Source: Gloeobacterales cyanobacterium (lineage in GTDB: Bacteria; Cyanobacteriota; Cyanobacteriia; Gloeobacterales; PMM-0068). Taken from it: a DNA stretch of 64,000 nt. The position numbers were made by a program, and so were the translations under genes. Within the stretch, counting starts at the first letter, position 1. Each line of letters opens with the position of its first letter. Below the pieces are notes generated by a model. It was not told the origin of the DNA. It did not search any database and saw only the letters and a program-made list of their open reading frames with translations. Location of the stretch: contig JBBRSB010000003.1 in assembly GCA_038245785.1 (NCBI GenBank), positions 166,336 to 230,335 on the forward strand, given 5' to 3'. Positions 38,932 to 49,457 of the stretch are shown here, in pieces.

Positions 38932-41472
38932 CTAAATAGAACGACCGATGGATGATTTTTCATGGTCAAAAGCAGGACGTTTTTGACCACGTTCTTCCAC
39001 ATGCACCAAACTAGGATCGGGTTGACTAGAATTGATAAAATGCCGGAAGCGCTGAAGCTTCTGAGGATCTTCTACGGTGGATTTCCATTCACAGGCATAG
39101 GTTGTGACTTGGTGCTCCATCTCCTGTTCCAATTCAGCACAAATGCCCAAGCAATCGTCGATAATCACCTGCTTCAGGTACTCCACTCCGCCCTCTAGTT
39201 TGTTTAACCAGGTAGCGGTACGTTCCAAACGATTAGCGGTGCGGATATAAAACATCAAGAAACGGTCAATGTACTTGATCAGCGTTTCCTTATCGATATC
39301 TTCTGCCACCAACACCGCATGTTGGGGTTTGATCCCGCCATTGCCGCAAAGATAGAGATTCCAGCCCTTTTCTGTGGCAATCACTCCAAAATCTTTGCCC
39401 TGTGCTTCTGCACACTCACGAGTACAGCCGGACACCGCTGACTTAAGCTTGTGCGGTGCTCTCAATCCTCGATAACGCAGTTCCAATTCAATCGCTAGAG
39501 AAGTAGAATCCTGGACCCCAAAACGGCACCAAGTACTACCCACACAGGATTTCACAGTTCTCAAAGCTTTGCCATAAGCATGACCTGATTCAAACCCAGC
39601 ATCAATCAGACGCTGCCAGATATGGGGCAGTTGCTCCACGCTTGCGCCTAAGAGGTCGATCCGCTGCCCGCCTGTAATCTTGGTATAGAGGCTAAAGTCT
39701 CTAGCCACTTCTCCGAGGACAATCAGTTTCTCAGGGGTTATCTCGCCGCCGGGAATGCGGGGAATCACCGAATACGTACCGTCTTTTTGGATGTTAGCTA
39801 GGAAGGCATCATTGGTGTCCTGCAGTCCGGCGTGGGCAGGTTCTAGAACGTATTCATTCCAGGCAGACGCAAGAATCGAAGCCACCGCAGGCTTGCAAAT
39901 TTCGCAACCGAGCCCTTGACCATACTGATGCAGGAGAGCCTCGAAGGTCAAAATCTTATAGGTGCGAATCAGGGAGTAAAGTTCTTGACGAGAATAGGAG
40001 AAGTGTTCGCAGAGATGGTTCTTCACTTCCAGACCCGCTTTCTTCATCTCCGATTTGAGCAGGTCGGTCACCAAAGGAACACAACCACCACAGCCCGTTC
40101 CCGCCTTAGTGCATTTTTTGACGGTGCCAATATCGGTAAAATTATTTTCCTGAATCGCACTGCAAATCTGGCCTTTGCTGACATTATTGCAGGAGCAAAT
40201 TTGAGCACTGTCCGGTAGATTTTCCACGCCCATGCCCACGGCAGGGCTCCCTTCGCGGGGAGGAAGAAGCAGATCTTCTGGATGGGGCGGCAGAGCCATG
40301 TCGTTCTGGACTAGTTGCATAAGATTGCCATAGGCAGAAGCATCACCGACCAAGATGCCGCCCAAAAGACGAGTGCCCGACTGATTCAGCACCAGTTTCT
40401 TATAGACACCCTGCACCGTATCGGTGATCGCAATCTCTTTGGCTCCAGCGGTTTTGGCAAAAGCATCTCCAAAACTGGCCACATCTACGCCCAAGAGCTT
40501 GAGTTTGGTGGACATATCTGCGCCCAGAAACTGACTGGTTTGGGGAGCCCACAAATTGTCTACCGTGACAGCAGCCATCGTATAGCCAGGAGCAACCAAG
40601 CCAAAAATTCGCTTGTCGTAGAGGGCGCATTCTCCAATCGCATAGATATCGGGATCCGAGGTTTGGCAGTATTCATCAATGACGATGCCTCCCCGCTCTC
40701 CTATTTCCAGTCCACAGGCTTTAGCCAATTCATCACGGGGCCGAATCCCGGCAGAGAAGACAATCATGTCCGTTGTCAGTTCAGAGCCATCGGCAAAGAT
40801 CATTTTGCTGACTTTGCCCTCGTGGGCAACAATCTCGGTGGTGGATTTGCTGGTATGGACGGCAACGCCTAAAGCTTCGATTTTGTCCCGGAGGACTTGA
40901 CCGCCTGCCTCATCAATTTGCATGGGCATCAAGCGGGGAGCAAACTCTATGACATGGGTTTCTAGATCCATGCTCTGTAGTGCTTTAGCGCACTCCAGAC
41001 CCAAGAGGCCCCCACCGACTACGACTCCGACCTTGGCCTGCTTAGCATAATCAGCCATCCCTTCCAAGTCTTCAATCGTCCGGTAGACAAAAGTTCCTGG
41101 GGTGTCATTCCCGGCAATCGGAGGCACAAAAGGATAGGAACCTGTAGCCAGGACAATCTTGTCGTAGGGCATGGAGCCACCATTTGCAGACTCTATGAGT
41201 TTCTTGATGCGGTCTATGCGAAGGGCCTGATCCCCAATCAAGATATGAATGCCATGCTGCTGATATAGTCCTGGTTCCACAAGCGATAAATCGGCAGCCG
41301 TCTTGCCGGAGAAGAAACTACTAAGGTTTACCCGGTCGTAGGCCACTCGGGGTTCTTCGCAAAACGTGACCACATTCCAATGCTCTGTTGCTTTTTGGGC
41401 AATCATCAACTCTAGAAACTTATGCCCGACCATGCCATTGCCGATCACAATCAAATTTTTCTTAGCGGCCAT
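38932..41472 (-). CDS. nirB: NAD(P)H nitrite reductase large subunit
   Basis: FAD/NADH Rossmann motifs, ICSCNNV, GTGCGGC, CVGSTWC, SGCTREC. Confidence 0.95.
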   Translation of the reverse strand: MAAKKNLIVIGNGMVGHKFLELMIAQKATEHWNVVTFCEEPRVAYDRVNLSSFFSGKTAADLSLVEPGLYQQHGIHILIGDQALRIDRIKKLIESANGGSMPYDKIVLATGSYPFVPPIAGNDTPGTFVYRTIEDLEGMADYAKQAKVGVVVGGGLLGLECAKALQSMDLETHVIEFAPRLMPMQIDEAGGQVLRDKIEALGVAVHTSKSTTEIVAHEGKVSKMIFADGSELTTDMIVFSAGIRPRDELAKACGLEIGERGGIVIDEYCQTSDPDIYAIGECALYDKRIFGLVAPGYTMAAVTVDNLWAPQTSQFLGADMSTKLKLLGVDVASFGDAFAKTAGAKEIAITDTVQGVYKKLVLNQSGTRLLGGILVGDASAYGNLMQLVQNDMALPPHPEDLLLPPREGSPAVGMGVENLPDSAQICSCNNVSKGQICSAIQENNFTDIGTVKKCTKAGTGCGGCVPLVTDLLKSEMKKAGLEVKNHLCEHFSYSRQELYSLIRTYKILTFEALLHQYGQGLGCEICKPAVASILASAWNEYVLEPAHAGLQDTNDAFLANIQKDGTYSVIPRIPGGEITPEKLIVLGEVARDFSLYTKITGGQRIDLLGASVEQLPHIWQRLIDAGFESGHAYGKALRTVKSCVGSTWCRFGVQDSTSLAIELELRYRGLRAPHKLKSAVSGCTRECAEAQGKDFGVIATEKGWNLYLCGNGGIKPQHAVLVAEDIDKETLIKYIDRFLMFYIRTANRLERTATWLNKLEGGVEYLKQVIIDDCLGICAELEQEMEHQVTTYACEWKSTVEDPQKLQRFRHFINSSQPDPSLVHVEERGQKRPAFDHEKSSIGRSI

Positions 41473-41542
41473 TATGCGTTCCTACGAAGCCTAAGTGTGG
41501 CTTAACCTATTCACACTTAACTGGAATAACCGCGACTGTTTT

Positions 41543-41556
41543 GTGACGTGGACTAC
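41543..41556 (-). promoter_or_regulatory. Possible NtcA box upstream of nirB
   Basis: GTA-N8-CAC (gtagtccacgtcac); no clean -10 box at the canonical spacing. Confidence 0.4.
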
Positions 41557-41741
41557 CGATGACCCACAACTGATACGGTTTCTGCATGACGATGAAAGGC
41601 ATTTGATATGGATAGGCTCTTCCTAATGGAAATGCCTTTGGTTGTCTATTGAATGTTGGGTGTCGATTCAAAATGGATGGGGGCGTTGAGTAGAGCGTCA
41701 TACATGACGTCTCTACGGGCGTTATGGGGTATGGGCGGGGG

Positions 41742-42128
41742 CTACAAATTATCAATGACGGCCTTCAATTTATCGCGTACTTGTTCTGCTACATGCTGTA
41801 AACCTGGATTTTCGATAGCTTGCATGGAAGCCACCGGATCTACGGCGGAGACTTCCACCTCAGATTCTGAATGTTGCTGCACGACGACATTGCAAGGCAA
41901 CATAGTCCCAATTTTGTCCTCTAGTTGCAGGGCCTGATAGGCGAGATAGGGATGACATGCTCCTAGAATTTTATAATTCCGGAACTCTACATCCAGTTTC
42001 TTTTTCATCGTTGCTTTGACATCCGCTTCCGTGAGAATGCCAAATCCTGCTTTTGTGAGTTCATCCGTTACTTTTGCAATAGCTTCCTCAAAAGGCATAG
42101 GTAAAACTGTGCTGAAGTGATAACTCAT
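41742..42128 (-). CDS. DUF302 family protein
   Basis: Motifs GFGIL, YKILGAC.P, MLPCNVVV. Confidence 0.85.
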   Translation of the reverse strand: MSYHFSTVLPMPFEEAIAKVTDELTKAGFGILTEADVKATMKKKLDVEFRNYKILGACHPYLAYQALQLEDKIGTMLPCNVVVQQHSESEVEVSAVDPVASMQAIENPGLQHVAEQVRDKLKAVIDNL

Positions 42129-42373
42129 ACGTAATGCTCCTTTTCCCTACTCTTCTTTCAGCATGACCAGCTTCTAAGCTAGAACCATTAAGATTTCATA
42201 GAATCCAAAATCCCTTGCACCAGGTAAAGAGCTGATTCAATAGCTGTTACCTAAGATTCCCTTTTTGTTAAGAGTTTTTGAGTTAAAGATCCTGTGCTAA
42301 ATATGCACGCTAGACCAGGGATAGGGGGGTGTTAGCGAATCCTAATGTATTTTGTTTCCCCGGAGGTAAGGTT

Positions 42374-43327
42374 ATGTGCTCAAGCTGGTATCGAACAAAT
42401 CTATTTACCTTGTTTACTTTGGCATTAGTGTCAACGGGTGTCGTTCTTTCTTCGGGTGCTGCCTTAGCTCAAGTTGAGCGCGGCAAAAGTAGTATCGTTA
42501 CTTTTGGAAGCAATGCGACGGTTACCGAGACACAGAGGGTTGATAATGTAACCGCTATCGGAGGTTCCGTCACAGTCCTCAGCAATGGACAAGTGACCAA
42601 GGATGCGGTTGCAGTTGGCGGGAATGTGATTTTGAAGCCGAATGCCCGTGTGGGTGGTGATGCGGTGGCCGTGGCCGGAACCGTTACCAAAGAGAAGGGG
42701 GCCATTCTGGGAGGAGAAACCGTCATGGTTCAAGATGGCACAGGGTTAGTTGCTCTCTTCAAACAGTGGGGATGGTTCGGATTCCTCTCCGGTATTTATC
42801 TAGCCAATGTCATTTTTCATTTCTTCCTGATCGTGTCTGTCACGGCTCTGGGTGCAGTACTCATGACCTTGCTCCCAGACATTTTGCAAACCATTACTGC
42901 AACCATCAAACAAGAACCGCTTAAAAGTGGGGCCTGGGGTTTAGGCGGTGCAGTTGCCTTTGGCTTATTGACCACCCTTATTTCAGGAAGCATTTTGGGT
43001 ACGCTGCTTGGGCCTGTGGTTGTCTTAGCCATGTTCGTTGCCGGACTCTTGGGTGCTGTGGGCATGGGAGTCTTGATTGGAGAACGGACCTTAACAGGTC
43101 AAAGAACCCCGATGCAACAATTCCTCTTCGGCATGCTCATCCTGGCTCTGATTGGTCTCATTCCTTTTGTTGGTGGAACGGTCTTCTGGCTGGTGAGTCT
43201 CTTCGGATTCGGAGGCGTCTTGGCATGGCAGTTTGAACCAATGCGACTCAAACGCTTTGGCCAAAAAACTTCACGACCAGAAAGTATAGAGCGCACGGGT
43301 GACCATCCACAGGAAGGAGCGGTGTAA
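42374..43327 (+). CDS. Membrane protein with a bactofilin-like beta-repeat N-domain and several TM helices
   Basis: Repeated DAVAVGG.V motifs followed by hydrophobic helices. Confidence 0.7.
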   Translation: MCSSWYRTNLFTLFTLALVSTGVVLSSGAALAQVERGKSSIVTFGSNATVTETQRVDNVTAIGGSVTVLSNGQVTKDAVAVGGNVILKPNARVGGDAVAVAGTVTKEKGAILGGETVMVQDGTGLVALFKQWGWFGFLSGIYLANVIFHFFLIVSVTALGAVLMTLLPDILQTITATIKQEPLKSGAWGLGGAVAFGLLTTLISGSILGTLLGPVVVLAMFVAGLLGAVGMGVLIGERTLTGQRTPMQQFLFGMLILALIGLIPFVGGTVFWLVSLFGFGGVLAWQFEPMRLKRFGQKTSRPESIERTGDHPQEGAV

Positions 43328-43412
43328 TAAATCCGTCTTTGTAGCGGTCATACAAAGGATTGCTAGGTGGATAGTTATGCCGCCCGTCTTTACCAGGCAG
43401 GAAGGCACAAAT

Positions 43413-43550
43413 ATGCACTCATCGGACACCTTGTCACGTCAGGGCCATCACATGCTCCAGATAGGCGTTGCTCTTTTCGTGTTTTCTGCATTGGAAGGTT
43501 TTGCGATTCCATTCCTTCCCGTACCGCGCCTTTCATTGTTGGCAACTTGA
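43413..43550 (+). pseudogene. Truncated N-terminus of a membrane protein
   Basis: SD then MHSSDTLSRQGHHMLQIGVALFVF..EGFAIP; ends after one TM helix. Confidence 0.4.
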
Positions 43551-43570
43551 AAGAGGAAGGAAAATGGTTG

Positions 43571-44248
43571 ATGAACAACTTAATCCGCAAAACGATATTG
43601 GGTTTTATTCAACTTCACGTGACCCTTGGCATATTATTGTTTCTGCCTGCTGGGTCTATAAGATTCTGGCAAGCTTGGGTTTATTTAGGAGTATTCTCTG
43701 TTTGCAATTTTCTTATCACTGCTTACTTGGTCAAATATGACCAAAAACTCTTAGAGAGTCGCCTTAATGCAGGTCCAATGGCTGAAAAGGAAAAAAGCCA
43801 AAAAATTATTCAAGCATTTACAGGTTTATTCTTTATTGGCCTGTTCGTAATTTCTGGGTTGGACTTCCGTTTCCAGTGGTCACAGGTTCCACTCTATGTT
43901 GTTGTCATTGCCAACCTTGTCATAACTCTAGGTTTTCTAATCATCTTTTTCGTCTTTAGAGAAAGCAGTTATACCAGCGCGATCATTGAGGTTACAGACA
44001 AACAAAAAGTTATCTCCACCGGACCTTATAGGATTGTGCGGCATCCCATGTATGCAGGAGGATTATTGCTGTTATTGTTTACTCCGATCGCATTAGGTTC
44101 ATTTTGGGCATTACTTCTTTTCTTTCCTTTAGGCATTGTTATCGTTCTGAGACTGCTAGATGAAGAGAATTTTTTGTCGGAACATCTACCAGGGTATCGA
44201 GAATATTGTCGGAAGACTCGGTATCGTTTGATTCCACTCATTTGGTAG
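43571..44248 (+). CDS. Isoprenylcysteine carboxylmethyltransferase (ICMT/PEMT) family protein
   Basis: Motifs TGPYRIVRHPMY, DEE..L, YRLIP. Confidence 0.85.
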   Translation: MNNLIRKTILGFIQLHVTLGILLFLPAGSIRFWQAWVYLGVFSVCNFLITAYLVKYDQKLLESRLNAGPMAEKEKSQKIIQAFTGLFFIGLFVISGLDFRFQWSQVPLYVVVIANLVITLGFLIIFFVFRESSYTSAIIEVTDKQKVISTGPYRIVRHPMYAGGLLLLLFTPIALGSFWALLLFFPLGIVIVLRLLDEENFLSEHLPGYREYCRKTRYRLIPLIW

Positions 44249-44801
44249 AGAAATCGAAGGGATAAAGCGTGGCCACCTTTTCGAAAATCAGGCCCTCTAA
44301 CCGATTCTTCTCAATCCATGCTCGAAAAGTTTCCGAGACTATAATTTTTCCTGGCTCAGGCAACTTGAAAATGTTTTTATTGCCGACAGCCCCACCTTTA
44401 AAAGCATAGGCGTTTATCCACATCACCCGTCCATCAGAAAACCGCTCAACTTCTGAATGTTCGTAGTCTAGACAATCTACAACATCAAGTACATTGATTA
44501 CAAAATAACCCTCCCCTCTGTTGCAGCTTAGGGGCAAAGCCTCTGCGCTCTGTCCCATCAGGGGCTGCAAGATCTGCCATGCATGCTCTGTAACCACAAG
44601 ATCACTCCCTGGTAGCGCAGGGAAATCAGTGCGTTTCTCCCCCTTCACCAACGTCACAGGAATTGGCTTCCAAGCATGAGAAAGTCTCCTTCTCTCAAAT
44701 TGTTGGAAGATTTCCCAATCGCTAAAGTCCACATAATCAAGACAATCACAGCTATCAGCATCTGGTATTGGATGATATAGATTCACACAAATATGCCTCA
44801 A
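44238..44801 (-). CDS. Imm11 (DUF1629)-like immunity protein, orphan
   Basis: Pattern YFVINVLDVVDCLD.E.S, IFKL, IVSETFR...GLIF. Confidence 0.6.
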   Translation of the reverse strand: MRHICVNLYHPIPDADSCDCLDYVDFSDWEIFQQFERRRLSHAWKPIPVTLVKGEKRTDFPALPGSDLVVTEHAWQILQPLMGQSAEALPLSCNRGEGYFVINVLDVVDCLDYEHSEVERFSDGRVMWINAYAFKGGAVGNKNIFKLPEPGKIIVSETFRAWIEKNRLEGLIFEKVATLYPFDFSTK

Positions 44802-44886
44802 TTACAGGCCAATACGGCCATCCGAGAAACTTATCCTTTTGGTTGCTGAGATTGTGAGCAATCCGTCAGCTATCTCTATTTATTTC

Positions 44887-44992
44887 GTATTCCTAGCTAC
44901 AAAATCAACAGGGAGCAAGCCCTTTGATGCCATATAAGCATTACTTCAATAACCAAACAAACCTTCGCTAAGAGTTATGTAGCAAACTACAC
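44887..44992 (+). promoter_or_regulatory. Two NtcA-like boxes upstream of nrtA
   Basis: GTA-N8-TAC at 44887-44900 and GTA-N8-CAC at 44979-44992. Confidence 0.6.
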
Positions 44993-45089
44993 ACTTCGTT
45001 TCAAGCAGACCGTGTTTCTTGGTTTCTAACGCGGGATTCGATTCCTGCATCAATCAATCGATACGTTACTCGCAAAGCAAAGGACCAGC

Positions 45090-46412
45090 ATGGTGAACGA
45101 AAAAGTTGAAAGCGCTGATTCTTCTTCTCAATCTACTTCTGAAGGCTTCCTCAAGCCGACCCGCCGTGAATTCATTATTGCTGCTGGGGCAGCAACCCTA
45201 GGTCTCCTGGTGTCTCCTGGCTATGTCAATGCAGCCGATACGCCGGAAACCACAAAAGCGAAGCTGGGATTCATTGCCCTAAGCGATTGTGCCCCCTTAG
45301 TCATTGCGAAAGAGAAAGGCTACTTCGAAAAATATGGCATGACGGAGGTGGAAGTCCTCAAGCAGGCATCTTGGGGAGCCCTGCGAGACAACCTGGAATT
45401 GGGCGCGGAAGGAAATGGCTTGGATGGTGCCCATGTCCTCACCCCTATCCCCTACTTAATGAGCATTGGGAAAATTACCAAGGGCAACAAGAAAGTTCCG
45501 ATGAACATCATGGCCCGCTTAAACGTAAACGGTCAAGGCATCTCGGTTTCCAATGCTTATAAAGATTTGAAAGTCGGACTGGATGCTTCTAAGCTCAAAC
45601 CCGCTGTCGAAAAAGCGAAAGCAGCAGGCAAGCCTCTTACCGTAGCCCAAACCTTTACAGGCGGCACGCACTGGGCCTGGATGCGCTACTGGTTAGCGGC
45701 TGGTGGAATCAATCCTGACACGGATGTGAAAGTGATTGTCGTTCCTCCTCCGCAAATGGTCGCCAATATGAAGACCGGGACGATGGACGCCTTCTGTGTC
45801 GGGGAGCCGTGGAATCTACAGCTGATTAACCAAAACGTCGGCTACACCGCCCTCACCACCGGTCAGATGTGGAACCGTCACCCAGAAAAATCCTTTACCC
45901 TCAGAGCCGATTTCGTCGAGAAAAATCCGAAAGCAGCGAAAGCAATTGTGGCTGCCATCCAAGAAGCTCAAGTCTGGTGTGACAAAGCAGAAAACAAAGA
46001 AGAGCTTTCGACAATTATGTCCAAGTCTCAGTGGATGAAGGCTCCGGTCAAAGACATCATTGCTCGCTATAAAGGTATCTTTGACTTTGGTGATGGTCGT
46101 CCTGTTGAGCGCAACAGCCCCAATATCATGATGTTTGCGAAGGATTTTTCTTCCTATCCCTACAAGAGTCATGATCTCTGGTTCTTGACGGAAAACATAC
46201 GCTGGGGTGAGCTGCCTGCCAAGACGGAGACGAAAAAACTCATAGACGCCGTTAACCGCGAAGATATCTGGCGCGAAGCCGCCAAGCTCAGTGGTTTACC
46301 CGCTCCGAAGGGGACTTCTCGCGGCGTTGAGAAATTCTTCGATGGCGTCAAGTTTGACCCAGCCAATCCCGAAGCGTATTTGAAGAGTTTGAAGATCAAG
46401 AAAATAGGCTAA
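45090..46412 (+). CDS. nrtA: Nitrate/nitrite ABC transporter substrate-binding protein
   Basis: Tat motif TRREFI; LGFIALSD, FCVGEPW; HPEK (Lys, as in NrtA rather than CmpA). Confidence 0.9.
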   Translation: MVNEKVESADSSSQSTSEGFLKPTRREFIIAAGAATLGLLVSPGYVNAADTPETTKAKLGFIALSDCAPLVIAKEKGYFEKYGMTEVEVLKQASWGALRDNLELGAEGNGLDGAHVLTPIPYLMSIGKITKGNKKVPMNIMARLNVNGQGISVSNAYKDLKVGLDASKLKPAVEKAKAAGKPLTVAQTFTGGTHWAWMRYWLAAGGINPDTDVKVIVVPPPQMVANMKTGTMDAFCVGEPWNLQLINQNVGYTALTTGQMWNRHPEKSFTLRADFVEKNPKAAKAIVAAIQEAQVWCDKAENKEELSTIMSKSQWMKAPVKDIIARYKGIFDFGDGRPVERNSPNIMMFAKDFSSYPYKSHDLWFLTENIRWGELPAKTETKKLIDAVNREDIWREAAKLSGLPAPKGTSRGVEKFFDGVKFDPANPEAYLKSLKIKKIG

Positions 46413-46445
46413 TTACTAACTTCTCCCCTAGAAGGAAAACCAACT

Positions 46446-47300
46446 ATGACCACGACGAACGAAACCATGACCACTCCCGTAGCCCCCTCTGAAGCGAAAT
46501 CCACGCAACAGATCAAGGATTTCGCAGACCGGGCAAGCTATGTTCTCCTGCCGGCCTTGGCCCTTGGCATCTTCTTTGTAGTTTGGCAGCTACTGAGTGG
46601 CACAGGAATCACAGGCACCCTTCCTGGTCCTGCGGAGATTCTGCAAGATACAGACACCCAACGTTTGATTCGTGAGCCGTTTTTTATAGATGATGCCAAC
46701 TCTAAGGGACTAGGCTGGCAACTCTTGGCCAGTCTACAGAGGGTAGCGATTGGCTATTCTCTCGCCGCCGTGGTTGGGGTGACCGTTGGGGTCTTGATTG
46801 GGGCGGTGAAGCCTTTCCGCTTAGCTTTGGACCCACTTTTCCAGGTCTTTCGGACCATTCCTCCCCTGGCTTGGTTACCGATTGCCCTCGCTATCCTGAA
46901 GGACGGTCCTTCTGGTGGCATCTTCGTCATCTTCATCACCGCTGTCTGGCCGATCATCATCAACACGGCAGTGGGGGTAAAAGAAACGCCTCAGGACTAC
47001 AAGAACGTAGCCAGTGTCCTGAAACTTTCCAAGACCACCTACTTCTTCACGATCCTGCTGCCCTCCGCCGCTTCCTACATCTTCACCGGATTGCGGATTG
47101 CCGTCGGTTTGGCTTGGCTGGCGATTGTGGCAGCGGAAATGTTGACGGGCGGTACCGGGATTGGCTTCTTCATCTGGGATTCCTACAATAGTTCCCGGAT
47201 TGGAGATATCGTCATCGCCGTTATCTATGTTGGCTTGGTCGGTTTTATACTCGACCGAGCCGTTTACTACGCAGGCAAACTGCTGGTTGCTTCTGAGTAA
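46446..47300 (+). CDS. nrtB: Nitrate ABC transporter permease
   Basis: Motifs SLQRV, PPLAWLP, WLAIVAAEM, GIGFFIWD. Confidence 0.92.
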   Translation: MTTTNETMTTPVAPSEAKSTQQIKDFADRASYVLLPALALGIFFVVWQLLSGTGITGTLPGPAEILQDTDTQRLIREPFFIDDANSKGLGWQLLASLQRVAIGYSLAAVVGVTVGVLIGAVKPFRLALDPLFQVFRTIPPLAWLPIALAILKDGPSGGIFVIFITAVWPIIINTAVGVKETPQDYKNVASVLKLSKTTYFFTILLPSAASYIFTGLRIAVGLAWLAIVAAEMLTGGTGIGFFIWDSYNSSRIGDIVIAVIYVGLVGFILDRAVYYAGKLLVASE

Positions 47301-47412
47301 CTACGACCGGAAAGTGTTCTATCCAAACAGAAGCTTGGCCTCTAACTAGATATATTCAGACATTCTGGTTAGAGGCATTTTCTTATAAGAAAACCTATTT
47401 ACAGGCAAATCC

Positions 47413-49446
47413 ATGGCGTACTTAGAAATCCAGAATGTAGGCAAAGTATTCAACACCGATGGCGGCAAGACCTTCGAAGCGCTCAAGGGCGTCAATCTCC
47501 AGATTGAAGAAGGAGAATTTATCGCAGTAATTGGCCATTCCGGCTGCGGAAAATCTACCCTCCTGAATTTGGTAGCGGGCCTCTACCCAATGAGTTCGGG
47601 CCGGATCATGGTCGATGGTTCGTTGGTCACGGAGCCTGGACCTGACCGGATGGTAGCTTTCCAGAATCATTCTTTGCTGCCTTGGCTCACCGTCCGCCAG
47701 AATATCGAACTGGCTGTAAATGCCGTTCATAAGCGTCGCTCGGAAACGGAACGCAAGGCTTTAGTGGACGAGCACCTGGCTATGGTCAATCTGAATGCCG
47801 CCGCTGATAAAAAGCCTGGTCAGATTTCTGGTGGCATGAAGCAACGGGTAGGGATTGCCCGTGCTCTAGTTACCCAGCCGAAAGTACTGCTTTTGGATGA
47901 ACCTTTTGGCGCTTTGGACGCGCTTACCCGTGGCCGTTTGCAAGAACAACTGCTAAAAATCTGGGAAGCCCATCGGATCACGGTAATGATGATTACCCAC
48001 GATGTGGAAGAGGCGTTGCTGCTCTCTGACCGAATCGTGATGATGTCTAACGGTCCGAGTGCGCGGGTGGGCGAAATCATGACGGTGGAACTGCCCCGTC
48101 CTCGCACCCGCATGGAAGTAATTAACAATCCCAACTATTACCGTCAGCGCAATGAACTGCTCTACTTCCTCAATAAATCTAAGAAAGAAAAAGCGACCCG
48201 TACGGCAGGCACTCCGGTGAGCGCTCCAGCTAAGGTTCCGGCAGTGAAAGTCGGCTCTAGTTTCGGCCTGGAAAAATCAACCTTAGACCTCGGCTTTATT
48301 GCTCTATCTGACTGCGCACCCTTGGTTATTGCTAAAGAAAAAGGATTCTTTGCCAAGCATGGTTTAGAGGTAAATCTCTCTAGAGAAACCAGTTGGAAAA
48401 CCGTGCTCCAAGGCATTCTCGAAGACCGCTTGGATGCCTCCCAAATGGTTACAGGGATGCCTTTGGGACAGACGCTCGGCATCTTCAATAAAACACCGAT
48501 CACGATCGTGACGGCGATGACCATGAGCCGGAATGGCAATGCGATCACCCTCAGCCGCAAGTTTCATGACCTGGGAATCCGTTCAGCTTCAGACTTGAAA
48601 AACTATCTGGATAGCAACCCAGGCGGCAAAGAACTGACCTTTGGCATGGTCTATCCCAGTTCGATGCACAATATTTTGCTGCGTCTCTGGCTGGCGTCCG
48701 CTGGCATTGACCCGGATAAGGATGTCAACCTTGTCGTTATTCCTCCCGCCCAAATGGTGTCCAATCTCCAGGCGGGCAACATTGATGGCTTCTGTGTCGG
48801 AGAGCCCTGGAATTCCCGTGCTATTCATGAAGGTCTAGGCTTTGTACCCGCCACGAGCTTAGATATTTTGCCCGGTCACGCCGAAAAAGTACTGGGCATG
48901 AAGGAAACCTGGGCCGAAGCCCATCCTAAAACCCATGTCGCTCTGGTAAAAGCCCTTCTGGAAGCCTGTCAATTCTGTGACCAACCCGAAAATCGGGATC
49001 AAGTAATCCAGCTAATTTCTCAAAAAGCCTACGTCAATGCCGACCCGATTTATAGCTCCATGGGCCTTTCCGGTTCCTACAACTATGGATTTGGCCGTGC
49101 AGCTCAAGTGCCTGATTTCAATGTCTTCTTCAAGAACCATGCCAACTTCAGCACCCGCAGCGAAAAACTCTGGGTTCTGACCCAAATGGCCCGTTGGGGT
49201 TTGGTGATGTTTCCCCGCAACTGGGAGGAAGTAATCGAGCGGGTTTATCGCTTGGATGTCTACCGTCAAGCCTGTCATGATCTGGGCTTTGAGGTTCCAG
49301 AAGCGAACTATCAGTCTTTGACTTTACCCGATGGTTCAGTCTTAGACCCCAACGATCCGATTGGTTATATCAATAGCTTCGCCATCAAGCACGACGTCAC
49401 CATCGCCGATATCAAACTCCAGCCCCGTCTACTGACTGTTGCCTAA
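47413..49446 (+). CDS. nrtC: Nitrate ABC transporter ATPase with an NrtA-like C-terminal domain
   Basis: GHSGCGKS and DEPFGALD plus a C-terminal FCVGEPWN domain. Confidence 0.93.
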   Translation: MAYLEIQNVGKVFNTDGGKTFEALKGVNLQIEEGEFIAVIGHSGCGKSTLLNLVAGLYPMSSGRIMVDGSLVTEPGPDRMVAFQNHSLLPWLTVRQNIELAVNAVHKRRSETERKALVDEHLAMVNLNAAADKKPGQISGGMKQRVGIARALVTQPKVLLLDEPFGALDALTRGRLQEQLLKIWEAHRITVMMITHDVEEALLLSDRIVMMSNGPSARVGEIMTVELPRPRTRMEVINNPNYYRQRNELLYFLNKSKKEKATRTAGTPVSAPAKVPAVKVGSSFGLEKSTLDLGFIALSDCAPLVIAKEKGFFAKHGLEVNLSRETSWKTVLQGILEDRLDASQMVTGMPLGQTLGIFNKTPITIVTAMTMSRNGNAITLSRKFHDLGIRSASDLKNYLDSNPGGKELTFGMVYPSSMHNILLRLWLASAGIDPDKDVNLVVIPPAQMVSNLQAGNIDGFCVGEPWNSRAIHEGLGFVPATSLDILPGHAEKVLGMKETWAEAHPKTHVALVKALLEACQFCDQPENRDQVIQLISQKAYVNADPIYSSMGLSGSYNYGFGRAAQVPDFNVFFKNHANFSTRSEKLWVLTQMARWGLVMFPRNWEEVIERVYRLDVYRQACHDLGFEVPEANYQSLTLPDGSVLDPNDPIGYINSFAIKHDVTIADIKLQPRLLTVA

Positions 49447-49457
49447 AAGAGGATGCC

